From NCBI GenBank assembly GCA_964016885.1, contig OZ024741.1:90396001-90460000 (forward strand): a stretch of DNA of 64,000 bases, written 5' to 3'. The notes under the pieces were generated by a model that worked only from the letters and a program-made list of their open reading frames with translations, was not told the origin of the DNA and ran no database searches. The stretch is from Eledone cirrhosa (Eukaryota). Of this stretch, positions 36,464-51,360 are shown one piece after another; within the stretch, counting starts at the first letter, position 1, and each line of letters begins with the position of its first letter. The position numbers and the translations under genes are program-made.

Positions 36464-36549
36464 TATATATATATTGTATATATGTATATATACGGTATAT
36501 ATTTATATATATATATACTGTATATATATATATATGTATACATACTGTA

Positions 36550-36635
<86 letters not shown>

Positions 36636-36984
36636 CGTGCGTGTGTGTACGGTCCCATTACACGGCGTCTTAGGTAAGCTTTTTTTCTCTTAGCCGCAAG
36701 TCGACTCAAACCATAGAAGTGAAATTGAGTGGAAGGAAATTGTGGTGAAGCCTGTCAGATGGATTATTCCTGTAACTGTAGCAGCCTTGGTGGTTCTACT
36801 CGAAAAGTTTGCATGTGTTTGCAGAATACTCGGTCACTTTGTATGCTAATTCAAAGAATAGATCATTCAGTTGATCGAACAACTAGATACTCAACCGACA
36901 TTATCGACGAGAGTGCCCATCACACACACACGCGCGCACACACGTGCGCACACACGCACACACACACACGCGCGCGCACACACG

Positions 36985-37032
<48 letters not shown>

Positions 37033-37370
37033 AATATACGTTCTATTATGTTCACATAATTTATTGTAAAATAATTTAAAAACAAACAAAAAGAAACAAA
37101 CACTCTCTATGACAAGTATTATATCCATATATCAGAAATGGAGATATATTTGCATGGTTTGTCAGCAGTAAAAGGGGATATAATAGCCGAATTATGAAGT
37201 TGTCCGCAGGGAATTTGCCAAACCTTTCTAATGATGTGTCATATTTGAACATTTAGACAAGGAAATTTAATTTCAAAACGAAGAAATGATTGTGCTATGA
37301 AATTATTCATTTTGTTATTAAGCTACACCGTTCACGACATTTTTAGAAACATAAAGACATTAATTTCACA

Positions 37371-37552
37371 CGGTGGATTGGCAGTATCGGTAGAGGGTCG
37401 GACGCCATGCTTTGCAGAGTTACGGCCCTTTATGGTCTGAGTTCAAATCCCGCCGAGGTTAACTTTGCCTTTCATCCTTACGGGATCGATAAAATAAAGT
37501 ACCAGTAATACACTGGGATAATTGCTGGCCTTGTGCCAATAGTAGAAGCAAT
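37371..37552 (+). mobile_element. tRNA-derived SINE
   Basis: Near-consensus head, B-box and core. Confidence 0.9.
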
Positions 37553-39209
37553 TAATTTCGCACTAAAACCATATGGGGATATAATAAACGTGTGAAGAAA
37601 TCGTGTTAAACCTCTTTTTGTAAATATCAGCATCTACTTAATTTCTAAACTGAGATAAACCAAGCAGTTCTACATAAAACACTCAAACGTGTACTTTATT
37701 ATCAACAATGTTTGAATCAAGAAGCCCCTAAGAAGCTGTATGATCATTGAAACGGATAAATCTCTATTAGAGAAAGAATTTTAAAGGAAATAAAAGTAGT
37801 AGAACTCAGAGCAAACCACATAATTCAGTAGGTCTAAGAGCTCCCTGGAAACAAACAGGAAAAAAATTCAACAGGAAATAATATATGCCAGAGGTATAAT
37901 ATATCAAAGAAAATATCAAAGAAAATATCAAAGAAGAAGACTTACTGAACAAATTAATATCCTTTTTTACTTCTAAAAGTTTAATGATCTTTCATTATAA
38001 ATATTTCCGCTATTGTAATAATTATCACTGTTTATAATTTGGTGATAACTAATGCATTAGTTACCTAGCATTGCTAACTCTTAACATCCTGTAATGATTT
38101 AGCAGAAAATATCTAAAGACAGGTTTGTTAATCCAAATGTTTTGTAGTAATTTTACTAGTGCTCAAATCGCTGCGAAGATTTGCAGTAAAGGTTTTAATT
38201 TTCTATGTAAGTCAATCATAGTGCTCTTTTGTATGTTTCGCGAATGTCTTGCTAATTCAGTTTCACGTAGTACTGGGTGTTCAGAGTTAACGTATTTTAG
38301 TTTGGTTTACTATAGTACTCAAACATTTCTCCCCCCTTCTCTCTGTTTATCTATCTATCTCGTACACAGAAAAACAAAACAAACAACACAAAACACATAC
38401 ATTTTATGTTTTCAAAATATTGTATGTTTAGAAAATATACTCATTTAGCGCCAATGGTATTTAAACTGAGACTCTTAGGTGGAGTTTAAACTTTCTGTTG
38501 CGGGGGTTCCAGTTCGTATTCTGTGGTTGGTTCCTCGCCATTTCCATAGCAAAGACAGCTCCAGGTCATCCCAATTCAATCGGAGTTATAAACAAAGGTG
38601 TTCCAGTCATGACCATCCCGTCGTTTGGTATATCCAAAAGTACATTATCGATATGTCCTTTTTAAAAAAGAATAGTAATGTGTGATGTGATTTCAAGAAG
38701 TTTTGGCTGTTATTTCTAGCAAGTTGAGCGACCGCGTAGATGTTCCTTTGAAACCAGTTAGCACTGTAAACTATAAGAGCGCTGTATATAATTGCTGCAA
38801 CCAACCATTTCTCATGCCGAGAAGTTACGGATCCATACATACATACATGGGCGGTGAATAATAGATATGATTTCTTAGAAAAAGACAAGGTTAGAAATCA
38901 GGAAACATCGACTGGTACTATATTATCGAGACTGGAGAGATGAGAGGTAATTTCGACTTTAAATTCAGAACGTAGTGTCGTAACTAAATAATACAAGCAT
39001 TTGCCTTACGTTCTAACGATTCTGTTAATCCAGCTTCGACATGTATATTGAAGTTTACAAACTCAGCTATTTCTCATTCATCCACCTGGGAGTCAGAAAA
39101 TAAATACCAATAATATGATAAGGGACCACGGTTATCGATTATACAGTTTTGAATTATTATTGTCAGAACAACGAATATAAATAAATAGGTAAGTGCATGG
39201 GTAAATAAT

Positions 39210-39630
39210 TCGTTTTACTTTTGGCACAAGGTCAGCAATTTGAAGAGTAGGGGGAAAGACGATTTATTTTATCGACCCCCGTAAGGATGAAAGGTAAAGC
39301 TAACCACAGCGGAATTTGAAACCAGGACGTAAAAACCGTAAATATATACCGCAAAGCATGTTGTCCGGCGCTTTACCGACACTGCCACTCATTGCCTTCA
39401 TAATGATTTCTACTTTAGACACAAGGCCTGTTATGTTTTTTTTTGAGAGGGTGGGTTGAGGGGGGATGGAAAAGTCGGATATATCGACTCCAGTCTTTGA
39501 CTTGTACCTTATTTTATCGAAAGATGAAAGGCAAAGTTGACTTTGGTGGGGTTCGAAACCAGAATGTAAAAAAGCGTTACAAAACACTGTAATGCATTTC
39601 ATCCGACGCTCTAACGACTCTGCCATCCTG
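39210..39630 (-). mobile_element. Two minus-strand SINE copies
   Basis: ttttatcgaccccgtaaggatgaaagg and gatgaaaggcaaagttgac cores. Confidence 0.75.
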
Positions 39631-41769
39631 CTGCTCTGCACGGGTAAATACTGATGTGGAAAGTTCAAATGTCGATGGGTTTTGTTTTTTATTTTTATAT
39701 CGTCGAGATCAATACAGATCAATTTTATGGTGCGGGCAGATCCAATCGACTATAGTAATATCACTATAATGTTTCAGAAAATAATATATAAAAAATAATA
39801 ATCTATTAATAATAATGAATTATTTCTTTAAAAATAAAATCAATTTACAACTCATCAACGTTTGTATATTGAAAAGAAAAACGAAAAAGAAAAAGAAAAA
39901 GAAAAAGAAAAAGAAATAACATTAAATAGCGAAAGCAAGGGAGAGGGAAAGGGAGCAGAATACACCACATCACAGTCTAAACGGTTTATCTCAGCTGCAC
40001 CCCGTGGACAAAATGAAGAAGGCATTGCCGCGGGGAACAGCTAACGAAACCCGCTGTATCTATTAATTGAAAATTCTGAGTGTAAATGCCGTCACAATTG
40101 CTGATTAAAAAGAAAACAATTGATATAGGTGACATTCATTTCAATATATCGATATATCGGGCCGATAGCTTTAAGACATGATAGCACTGGAATAGAAAAA
40201 TAAAAAATAAAATAAGACTCAAACCAACAATGTTGAAGTCGACAGCAGTTTGGAAAATGTTATTAAGAAATTAGAGCTAAAGAGATGAATGGTGGGTCTC
40301 CTGTCCTGGCCACTGTGCTAGGTTAGCAGTCAATTAACTCTCAAACTGCCCAGTTCAACAGTAAGTAGGTGCCTGTAAGTGAACGTAACATGACCGAATG
40401 GTTAATGGATTCCCTTCACAATCATTAGGTTCCGGGTTCAATCCCACTACGTAACGCATCAGGGCGACCCATGCCTTTTGAGTGAAATTAAGGTTGACAG
40501 AAACGACTTGGAAGTCTGTCAGATGGACTGTACCTGTAATTCAATGGCCCATCCTTGTCACACACATTGTGTCCCGCTGAATCTCACTGAGAATTATGTT
40601 AAGGGTACACGTGTGTGTGTGTGGAATGCTCAGCCACTTAAACATTAGTTTCATAAACAGATCGTTCCATCGATCAAACAACTGGAACACTTATCATCGA
40701 AAGTGATGCAGGTGTATGGGTGCCTGTACGTAGGTGGTACAAGATAGAGTACCGCAGTGTACTGTGAATTGGTAGTTTGATAAAGAAACATGGTCGTCAC
40801 AGATCCTATCAATGTAGGGAGTGAGAAGATTTATTAAAAAAAATATAAGTTAGAATAGTTAGTCATCGAAAGTTGGGTAAAATCTGGGTGGGGTGAATTA
40901 GTATAATGGTTCTTTAGTTATATTTACTCTGACAAAATGGGATGGAAAAAAAAATGATTTACGTATTGTGCGATAAATTACGTGTATGTTTGGACATTAC
41001 TTCATACAGATATGGTAAATCTGGCTAAGATAAGTGGCAGGAATTACGGTTAATAGAATAAGTTATACACACAAACTTACTCATTCCAACCCAATATTCT
41101 TAGTGACTAGTCTTTTGTTTATGAGTTTTAAAAACCATCTGTCTGGAGAATATAATAAAAAAACCCTGCTTTTGTCATCATATGATTACGTCACACCTCA
41201 TCGTTATTTAGTCAAACAGCAATTTAATTCATTTTAATGTAATAACGTATATATTCTGACGTATAAGGGAAGGAGAAGGCATTAAACATTCACTGTTTAT
41301 CTTAAACCACATAAATTGATTAATAAGTTTGTGTTAAAAAGATAACAGACTATAAACTAGTATCTGTTACTCGCATAAAGTTGGTTGTTATAAGCGTAAT
41401 ATAAAATAATCATGAAAAAATACAGAACTACACATGTGATATGGGTTTAGGAAATCATGCATGAACTTGAAAAATAACGAAAAACAGCCGACATAATGAA
41501 CGTAATATAGGGCAATATTAGTAACCCTAATACGCAACCTGGTTTAGAGGCAGTGTTTAGGCATTTGGTGATTTTAGGAGTTCTTTTTAGTTCAAACATT
41601 CGAACTGGATCTCCACCCACCTACCCCCGTGTACTTCGCGAAAGAGTTTTTTTCTGTAAACATTGACCCACAGATGCCCAAAACGAAAAGTTGCAGCATC
41701 AATCTCGCCAGTCTGAGAACGTGACCTGCAAAAAGGTCATGGATATTATACCCCCTTCTCTGAATAACA

Positions 41770-43000
<1,231 letters not shown>

Positions 43001-43400
43001 ACGAAAAATAAATAAGATATTAATTAAAAGACAGTCAAAATAAGCAGCATAAATTGGTAAGTGTAACATAAAATAATACTTATTTCTCTATTGTCTGGCA
43101 GATTATTCTCAGTTTTCCATTATATTTGTGATTTCAAAAACAATGAAAAGTTGAGTCAAGATAATTATCAAGGACAACAGCCTTAAAACAACGTAAACAC
43201 CTGCCAGTAACATGCGTTGTTAACAATAAACTTGTACATCTATCTATCTTCGTATCTTTCTCTCTAGACAGACGCACACATATAAATACATACATACATA
43301 CACACACATATATATACGTATATATGTATATATGCACACAAATGTATACATTCATGTAAGTGTACAGACATTTATATAAATGGTTATGTAAGTATATATA

Positions 43401-43490
<90 letters not shown>

Positions 43491-43499
43491 ACACACACG

Positions 43500-46350
43500 T
43501 ATGAAACTGACAGGGGATTGAAAGGATATTACCCTGGATGTCACTGAGGGAGACGCGCTGGAACAGCCAGCCCACATCACAGGGGCAGCTAACTATATCT
43601 AATGATAGCAGCGAGGGGGGTGTAGTCCGAGAGCCAAGAACGCCGGAAGTCTCTACTGCCCCAGGCTCAACCACAAACCTATCAGAATGCAGCCGATACT
43701 TTGACAGTTTGCTATCTTAAGCCTGGCGGGCAGCGAAATCTGGGTTGGTAGTCGATGTATCAGGTTGCCGCTAGAGAAGGTGTCACGACATATAGCATCC
43801 AAGACGAGGGGTTTACTTCCGCGGAAAGGGGAAGATTGTTATGCCATGTTCCCTGTCTTGCACCTCTGGCTCGAGCTTGTGCCGTCCAGACCATGTTTTA
43901 TGTTCGCATGGGAGGCGGCCAGCACTATAAGGGCATGGTAGTGGGTAGAGGCCGAATGAATCCACATTCGAATGGCAGCAGCATTTGTGAGGCTCGCAGA
44001 TCCGGAGGCCGAGCCTCAGGGAAACACTGATGCGCAAGCAGTCGCTATCCATCTGAGTGCCAGTCGCAAGTGATTGGGTTGTGTTGATCCAGGAACCGCT
44101 GTGGGGTTGAGAGGCCGAGCGAAAACATGCCAGAGGGTGTTGTTCGAGCTGGCGCAGCAGCCTGTCTGAAGTCATGTTGCACTGGATGGCGTCCCATTTG
44201 TTTTGAATGGACTGGACGTCTACGGAGGAGAGAGGAAGATAGACGTCCACAGAGCGAAGGCTTAGCTGGTCCCATGTCGGTTAGGTCGTATTGCGTTCCC
44301 GATCACAGTGGGATCAATTATGTTGTGGAGAACCCTGCTGGCGAGGACTCGACAAGGACACTAACAAAAGAAAAGCCGACAGGGCCAACGAGACTAGAGA
44401 CCAGAATCTGAAGCCGCCATATCTGACTGGTAAGGAGCCCTGTTGCCAACCGTTTTCATCAAACCGGACGTTGCATATCTCCCCAGCAACCCGTCGGATG
44501 CAGATGTCGAGATCTGTGAGGAGAGATGTTTTGCTTTAGCTGGGGGTACTGCGGAAGGTGTACAGGAGCTTTGCAACGGCGAAGAAATTTCTTTAACAGA
44601 AAGAGTGCCAGGTTGGTGCCGATCAGGTTCAGTCTGCTTGTCAGTTTCTAGTTGGCGTAAACTGGCCCGGAAGGTAGAATGAATGGCAGGTGGAAGGATC
44701 GGTGAGCCGAGGATGTGGACGCGTTCTTCGGAGATCACCTGCATCTGATGAAGTAATCGCATATCCGAGACGGAAGCCGCGAAGCCCTCTGCGTCGTTAT
44801 TAACGTTTACGACTTGGATGTATTAATCTCGATGCCGTTCCTTGGCAGAGCGGAAACCACTGATAGGAGATCATGACGGACATTCTGCGGGCGCGCCTAT
44901 CATCACATCATCCAAGCACCAGACGTTGAGAGGGGTAGTGATGCTTCGAGCAACGTTGTCTAACGAGATCAAAGAGGAGGGAGCCAATGGATCGCCCTGT
45001 TAGACGACGATTGAAGATGGTATAACCTTGACCGCAGTGAGGAGAATGCCGACTGACAGGTAGGCCACTGGGTAGGCGGACGGGGCACGGCTGTGTCAAG
45101 CACTGAGCAAGTGGTCACGGCGCAGAAAGTTGAAGTTATTTCTCATGTCAAGCTTTGCGATGAAATGCCTGGAATCAATCGGCACTGGCTCGGGAGGACA
45201 GTCGTTGATAAACTGTCTAGCAGCTGGCGGCCCATCGCATTCTCTGGCCATGCTGACTCCTAACTGCACTCGGCTTAGTTCCTCATCTAGTTCACGTGCG
45301 ACAGATTTGCAGATGACCTTAGCTGCGAGCCTCCGAAAGACATCTGCTACCGCGATGGGGAATATTCCACTCGTCTTTTTTCCTGAGAGTAAGCGATGAA
45401 GTGGGCTGAAAAGAAGAAGCCTCAGGAATAAGGATTCAGAGTGCCGTGAAGGAACCTGTTAATGAGGGTGACAGCAGTGCTTAACATGTGGCACGCGGCT
45501 TTGGCAGTATGGTGGGTAACAAGTTTTTGAGGTGGCCGCATCGGAGACCATCGGCAACTCTACTGCTGCTGGCAGTAAATGACCCCAGAGCAGAGATATC
45601 TTCATCCGAGACCAGGTAAAGCGGTTGAGGGTCAGGTCGGTGTATGGATCTGAATTCTGCATGTGAGCTCGGTATGTTTTAGCCGGAGAGCGGCCAAGAC
45701 ATCCTCGGTGGGGTAGAGGACGGTGTCGTAAGAGGTGACTACTCTGAAAGCAACCGAGACATCACCCTCATCGAGGGTGATGTCCATTTATCTGGTCGCG
45801 AAAACGCTTTAAGCTGGTATCAGATGTGGATGACTGTGGGCACACAAATGAGTGGTGTATCGTCTTCTCAGACTCACTGAGTATAGGCATCTACTGGAAG
45901 ATCGAAATGTACACCTTGACTAAGGCCGTTGTCGACAGGATGCATCGATTGGCACCAGAGTTGAGGAGTCCGAGGGTGAGTGGAGCGAAATAAAACAATC
46001 ATCCCCAATCATTGTGTCACTCGGAGCTCAAGGCTTTCTAGGTTGACGATGCAAGGGCATCGGCCAGCGGCACTCAGGCTATCTTCCGAAGTCGACTGAG
46101 CCGAGTGACATTGACCAGCCAGGGTTGGGCGACGGACAGGCGCGTTCTATCATCTGGGGGTGTGGTGGATGGCCGCAGCTGCGCTGGAGAGAAAAGGCTG
46201 CTACTGCATCTCCACGTTGAGAGCGCATTCGAGGCCCATCGTGTCAGGCCGACGCAATAAAGATGATGGAAACCATCGCACGCAGAACAGTTTCGGCCTT
46301 TTTTCCATCTGTATGTGCTCCAGATAGCTCCCTACGGAGAAGAGAGGTAA
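43500..46350 (-). mobile_element. Decayed, near full-length CRE-clade retrotransposon
   Basis: IAVADVFRRLAAKVIC, NVWCLDD (RT), ILGSPI, LRISVSLRLGLRICEPHKC.C, AVETSGVLG, WLFQRVSL; many frameshifts. Confidence 0.85.
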
Positions 46351-46583
46351 GGCTGGCAATTATTCTGGGTTTTCTGTTATATTTGGGATTTCAAAAACAA
46401 TGAAATGTTGAGTCAAGATAATTATCAAGGACAACAGCTTGAAAACAACGTAAACACCTGCCAGTAACATGCGTTGTTAACAATAAACCTGTACATCTAT
46501 CTATCTATCTTTGTCTCTTTCTGTAAACACACATACAGCCACATACACACACACATATATATATGTCTACATATATATATGTA

Positions 46584-46629
<46 letters not shown>

Positions 46630-46675
46630 TATATACACACATACATATAAGTGTATATATATATGTATACATATG

Positions 46676-46747
<72 letters not shown>

Positions 46748-46856
46748 TATATATAAGTATTGAAGTTTCCGTTGAAAATTGAAAAAGTCATAGGAGTGAA
46801 GAGTGCTCTATGTAAGTTAGAGAGCTAAATTTAAAGTATAATTAACAATACAATAT

Positions 46857-46934
46857 AATTACCTCATTACCAGAGGTTTCCCGAATAAGACGAATACAAG
46901 AAACGTCCTCATTCGTTCGTCGGACAAGGCAATT
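46857..46934 (-). ncRNA. Hammerhead ribozyme, CCGACGA core variant (family C, minus copy)
   Basis: Reverse complement of 47708-47785 with one A>G change in stem I that breaks one pair. Confidence 0.65.
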
Positions 46935-47707
46935 TAAAACATAGTGAAATATTTGAAAAATCTCCTCAAGAAAGGCAAAAGTTCAACGGGCAAAAAAAAT
47001 ATATAAATAAAAGTAATGCAAGAGATATATAAAAATAAAATAATGAAATATAGTTAGGGTATGTGTATAAATGTGTGTATATTCACTCACAAATGTACAT
47101 ATGTGTGTATGTACAAATGCATGTGTATGGTGAAAAAATGTGTGCATAAGTACATATATGAGGGCAAGCATATCAGTGTATGTGTGACCACAAATACGTA
47201 TATAATATATGTTGAAAAAGAAATTGTAAGATAATAGAGTTAACGTACATCCAGACTCAGGTATTAAGGATTGAAATATATACACATACAAGTATGAAAG
47301 CACGCGTATAAACACACACACACGCGCAACCACATACATGCGAGTGATATATACAGGGAAGGGAGTGTATCAGTCAAAGCAGTGTCAGTCTGAAGGTCGA
47401 TATATATATAAATGTACGTTAAGTCTATTATCTTACAATTTATTTTTCAACATATATTATATACGTATTTGTAGTCACACATACACTGATATGCTTGCCC
47501 TGATATATGTACTTACGCACACATTTTTTCACTATACACATATGTACATTTGTGAGTGAATATACACACATTTATACACATACCCTAACTATATTTCATT
47601 ATTTTATTTTTATATATCTCTTGCATTACTTTTATTTATATATATTTTTTGCCCGTTGAACTTTTGCCTTACTTGAGGAGATTTTTCAAATATTTCACTA
47701 TGTTTTA

Positions 47708-47785
47708 AATTGCCTTATCCGACGAACGAATGAGGACGTTTCTTGTATTCGTCTTATTCGGGAAACCTCTGGTAATGAGGTAATT
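47708..47785 (+). ncRNA. Hammerhead ribozyme, CCGACGA core variant (family C, plus copy)
   Basis: aattgccttat CCGACGA a cgaatgaggacg-tttcttgtatt-cgtcttattcg g GAAA cc-tct-gg TA | atgaggtaatt; 11-bp stem I, long stem II, GUA site. Confidence 0.68.
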
Positions 47786-50619
47786 ATATTGTATTGTTTA
47801 TTATACGCAGAAGTGGATATTTCAAAAAACGTTGCAACCGGAGGAAGACAGGAAGACGATACTTTGGTTCGTGGAAACGTTCCCTGGCAAAGAACGGGAA
47901 AAAAAGAATATAATACGTCATTAATAGGAGCGGTTTTTTCACTTTAATCTGTTATTTTAATAAATATTTGCTCTACGGTTCTTATATATTTGATATATAT
48001 TTATCCTTATCGAGCCCTCTTTGGATTTTAGTCTTCAAATTTATTATTATTACTATATATATATATATATATATAAAATGTATATGTATTTATATATATA
48101 TATGTATATTCATATATGTAAATATTTATGGACAGTAAAAGCATCGAAGATTAAGGCATGGGAGGACTTTGGGGTAAACTGGAATCTGACTTTGCATTAG
48201 CAAATAAATTGTTCTGGCAGATTGTTTATCGTCTTCGTAATAAGAAATCATCTACATCTGCTGTTTAGAATGCGTCTAGGGGCCTCCTCTCTTTAGAAGG
48301 GTGCATCTTTCCGAGGTGGAGAAAATACTTTGCTGATCTTTTAAATCAGATCACAACAGTAATCTTCTAATGTGCACGAAGTGCATCTGGAAACGATGAC
48401 TAATCTCTTGGAGACCGTGCGGTTAGAAAGAAGCTGATGAGTTCATACGACGCTAAAGTTCTATTTTTCTTGTTAGCTTACTTTCGTTATCCTTTCTCCA
48501 TTATGTTTTATTCGCAATTCTCCAAACGTTCTGTACCATCGATCTCATTCCCGCTTTTCTCTTCTCCTCTTCTCTTCTCTCATTTCTCACCTCATGCTTT
48601 AGACTATCTTTCTTTCTCTCCCCTTTTCCGTTACTCGGCTTAATATGTGGTCATATCTTACAGCAACCCATCGCGCTGAGAATCTTACAATTTATGAAAA
48701 TGCACATATAGATGATGATTTCTTTCGAATGAACCAGTTCTAGTCCTGTAGAAACCATTTCTATATTAAATTTGATATATGGACTGTCGCCACCAGTTGG
48801 AGTAGTGGAAACTAATTAATTAATCCGGGGAGAGAGAATCTAATTCACCACCTACACAAAATCGCCTTTCTCACTATTTAACGTATTAACGTGCATCTGT
48901 TTTCATTTGGGTTGGCATCTTAAGGATACTAGCTTAATTAAAACATCGAGTGAGTGGGAAAACAATCGAAGATTTCCGGTACTATCCGATGACCTCGTCT
49001 CAGTATAATTATTTATACCCCTAGGGATAAGCCGTATCTAAATTGTAAGTCGAACTTGTTATTCCGTTTATTATAGTTCGATTTTATTAATTGTTTGCAG
49101 TTTTTGTCTTTGCTTTCTACTTAGAGGTTCTGGTCGAGTGCATCTTGGTTCATTTTTTCTTTGTTCATTTTGAAAGAATGCGCCAGCGTGATCTTTTAAA
49201 ATAGTACGTGCCTGATTACCTGATTACACTGTCACATGACACTGAGAGTGGAGGAGATTACTACTGCAATGGTGATATCAAACCAAGACGGTACACAGAC
49301 ACTAAACTATTCAGAAGAGGCTAATATCTCCATCTATTTCACGAAGTCCAGCCTGTTTACCTATCCCAATAATCTCCCCATGCGCATTTTGTATTACCTT
49401 CTTAAAACTCAGCTGTTATGCAAAGGAATTTGAATATATTTTACCCCAGAGAAGATTCAATGTAGTTATTTTCACTTCTCACTATGCATTTATCAATTTT
49501 TAATACTGTTAACGATATGGTAACTACGTCAAAATTAATTTATCACACATTTAGGCTCACCATCTAAGAATGTAATCAATTGCCTAAAGGTGTGTTGTAA
49601 AAAGTGGGCCTTCAATGTAACACTAAACTCAAGCCGGTTGTGTTTGGAAGCGGAAAAATTAGTTGAATATTATTTGTCAAGTCATCCAGGTTAGATGGGT
49701 GACCTGGAGCATTTTCCATAAAATGCAAGGTTGGTTTTATTTTCAAGATTCATAACAATATTTTTTGACATGAAGCAAACCAATATTAAACGTCACTCTA
49801 GTCGTGCATACCTTTATATTTGATCCCATATCCATGTACCAAGAACACGATAATTACACTACCAGTTTATAGTCGCTGGCAGTTCAGTTGTAGATAACTT
49901 AAAGCATTATCACCAAATTGGGGAACCACATGAATTTTCTACTGTTCGTATCTTCCTTCGTTAATAGTATTACTGTAAAGCGGCTGCAGCTTTACTACCA
50001 GCATTTGCAACCTCACCTGTTATTTGCATGTTATCCAATTTCGAGCGAATCGTGAAACGCCCAAAACAATCATAACCCACCACGAAATTTTCACATTTAG
50101 CACTAGAATCCTGCTTCTTCTTAAGGTCATCAAATAAAAGTTAAGATTTTATTTCTACAACAAGTAGCGAATACGGAAAGCGACGCTCGTGCACGTCCCC
50201 CATTCCTATGTTAACATTTTTTTTCATATTTTTCAATATGCTGGTTTTATTCTTAGTTAATTTTGTAGCAGCTAGAAGTGTTTCACTTTTGCACACAATC
50301 TTTAATTATTTTGGCAATAACCGCAAATTGTTCATGCAGTTGTTGGCTGCAAACCGAGAACTCTTCAAATATCTTCAACACACTGTCCGTCATCGAATAT
50401 CACTTGGAATTTCATATCTAAAGTTATATATTTTCTCTGTGCTCAAAGATAACAGTAGTGCACTGTATAAGTTTAACCCCTATTGTAACCGATAACTCAA
50501 GGACGAAATTGACAAGTTTTGAATTTGACAGATTTGTAGTAGTTTGATAACCAACCACTTTGTTTTAATTTGTATACTAAGCTCCTTCTACATTAAGCAA
50601 TTGATTAATTAGTTATTTA

Positions 50620-51360
50620 TTTGTTCATTGTCTTGTCCATTGTATGATAGGCAGCAAGTTCAGCTTTTCTTACATCACTTAAACACAAACAAGGAAGACA
50701 AATATTTCAAGAAAATATCTTTGGCGGATATTGTGCAATTCGAGAAGAGTCTATCTGGTACTATTGAATATATCAGAAATCTGGATTTTGTGGTCAGTGA
50801 CATTGAAGCCTCTTGGAAAGAAACCTACGCAAAGCTGTCTACACGTCATCTGCTGAAACCATAGGGTTTTGTAAATGGAATCACCAGGACTGGCTTAATG
50901 AAAACAATTCTGAAATTCCCTATCCATGGATCCCACAGGGTGAGGACTGCTGGCAGGGATCCCTCATCCAAAGAGCTGTTCATTCCTTTGATAAGCACGC
51001 CGCCCAGGGTTGCCTTAAGAAAGAAGTCTGGTGGTGAAACTAAGCAAGAGAAATGCAAGAGGGAGCAGATATCCATAATATGAAATCATTTTATGACAGT
51101 TTAAACACTGTTTATGATTGAAAAACTAAATAATACTTCACATCTATTTTCTTCGGAGTGGGTGGGGGTGGGGGTCACAGTTACAGATTGGAATAATATC
51201 CTTAAAATATGGGCGGAATCTCTTAATCGTCTGTTGAATCGCAAATCTATCTGTTGTTGATGATGAAGTAATGTAATAAACTCAATCAATGAGAGGAATC
51301 TATATATGGGAAATTGGCTGTGGTTCCAACTGTTAATGAAGTTAAAAAAAGTCGATTAAT
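50620..51360 (+). mobile_element. Highly decayed RTE-like fragment
   Basis: GF...HQDWLNENNSEI and ILKIWAESLNRLLNRKS parallel the 10010-12900 element. Confidence 0.6.

Larger units (their letters stand above)
46836..47806. mobile_element. Large fold-back HHR element, family C
   Basis: Arms 46836-47250 / 47412-47806 (about 400 bp, very few mismatches), spacer about 160 bp. Confidence 0.92.

Noticed and set aside
48710-48770. Family D ribozyme relative
   Set aside because: Core mutated (ATGATGA, GAAC) and stem I lost; counted only as a relic.
49560-50500. Possible decayed transposase on the minus strand
   Set aside because: No motif or terminal repeat identified with confidence.
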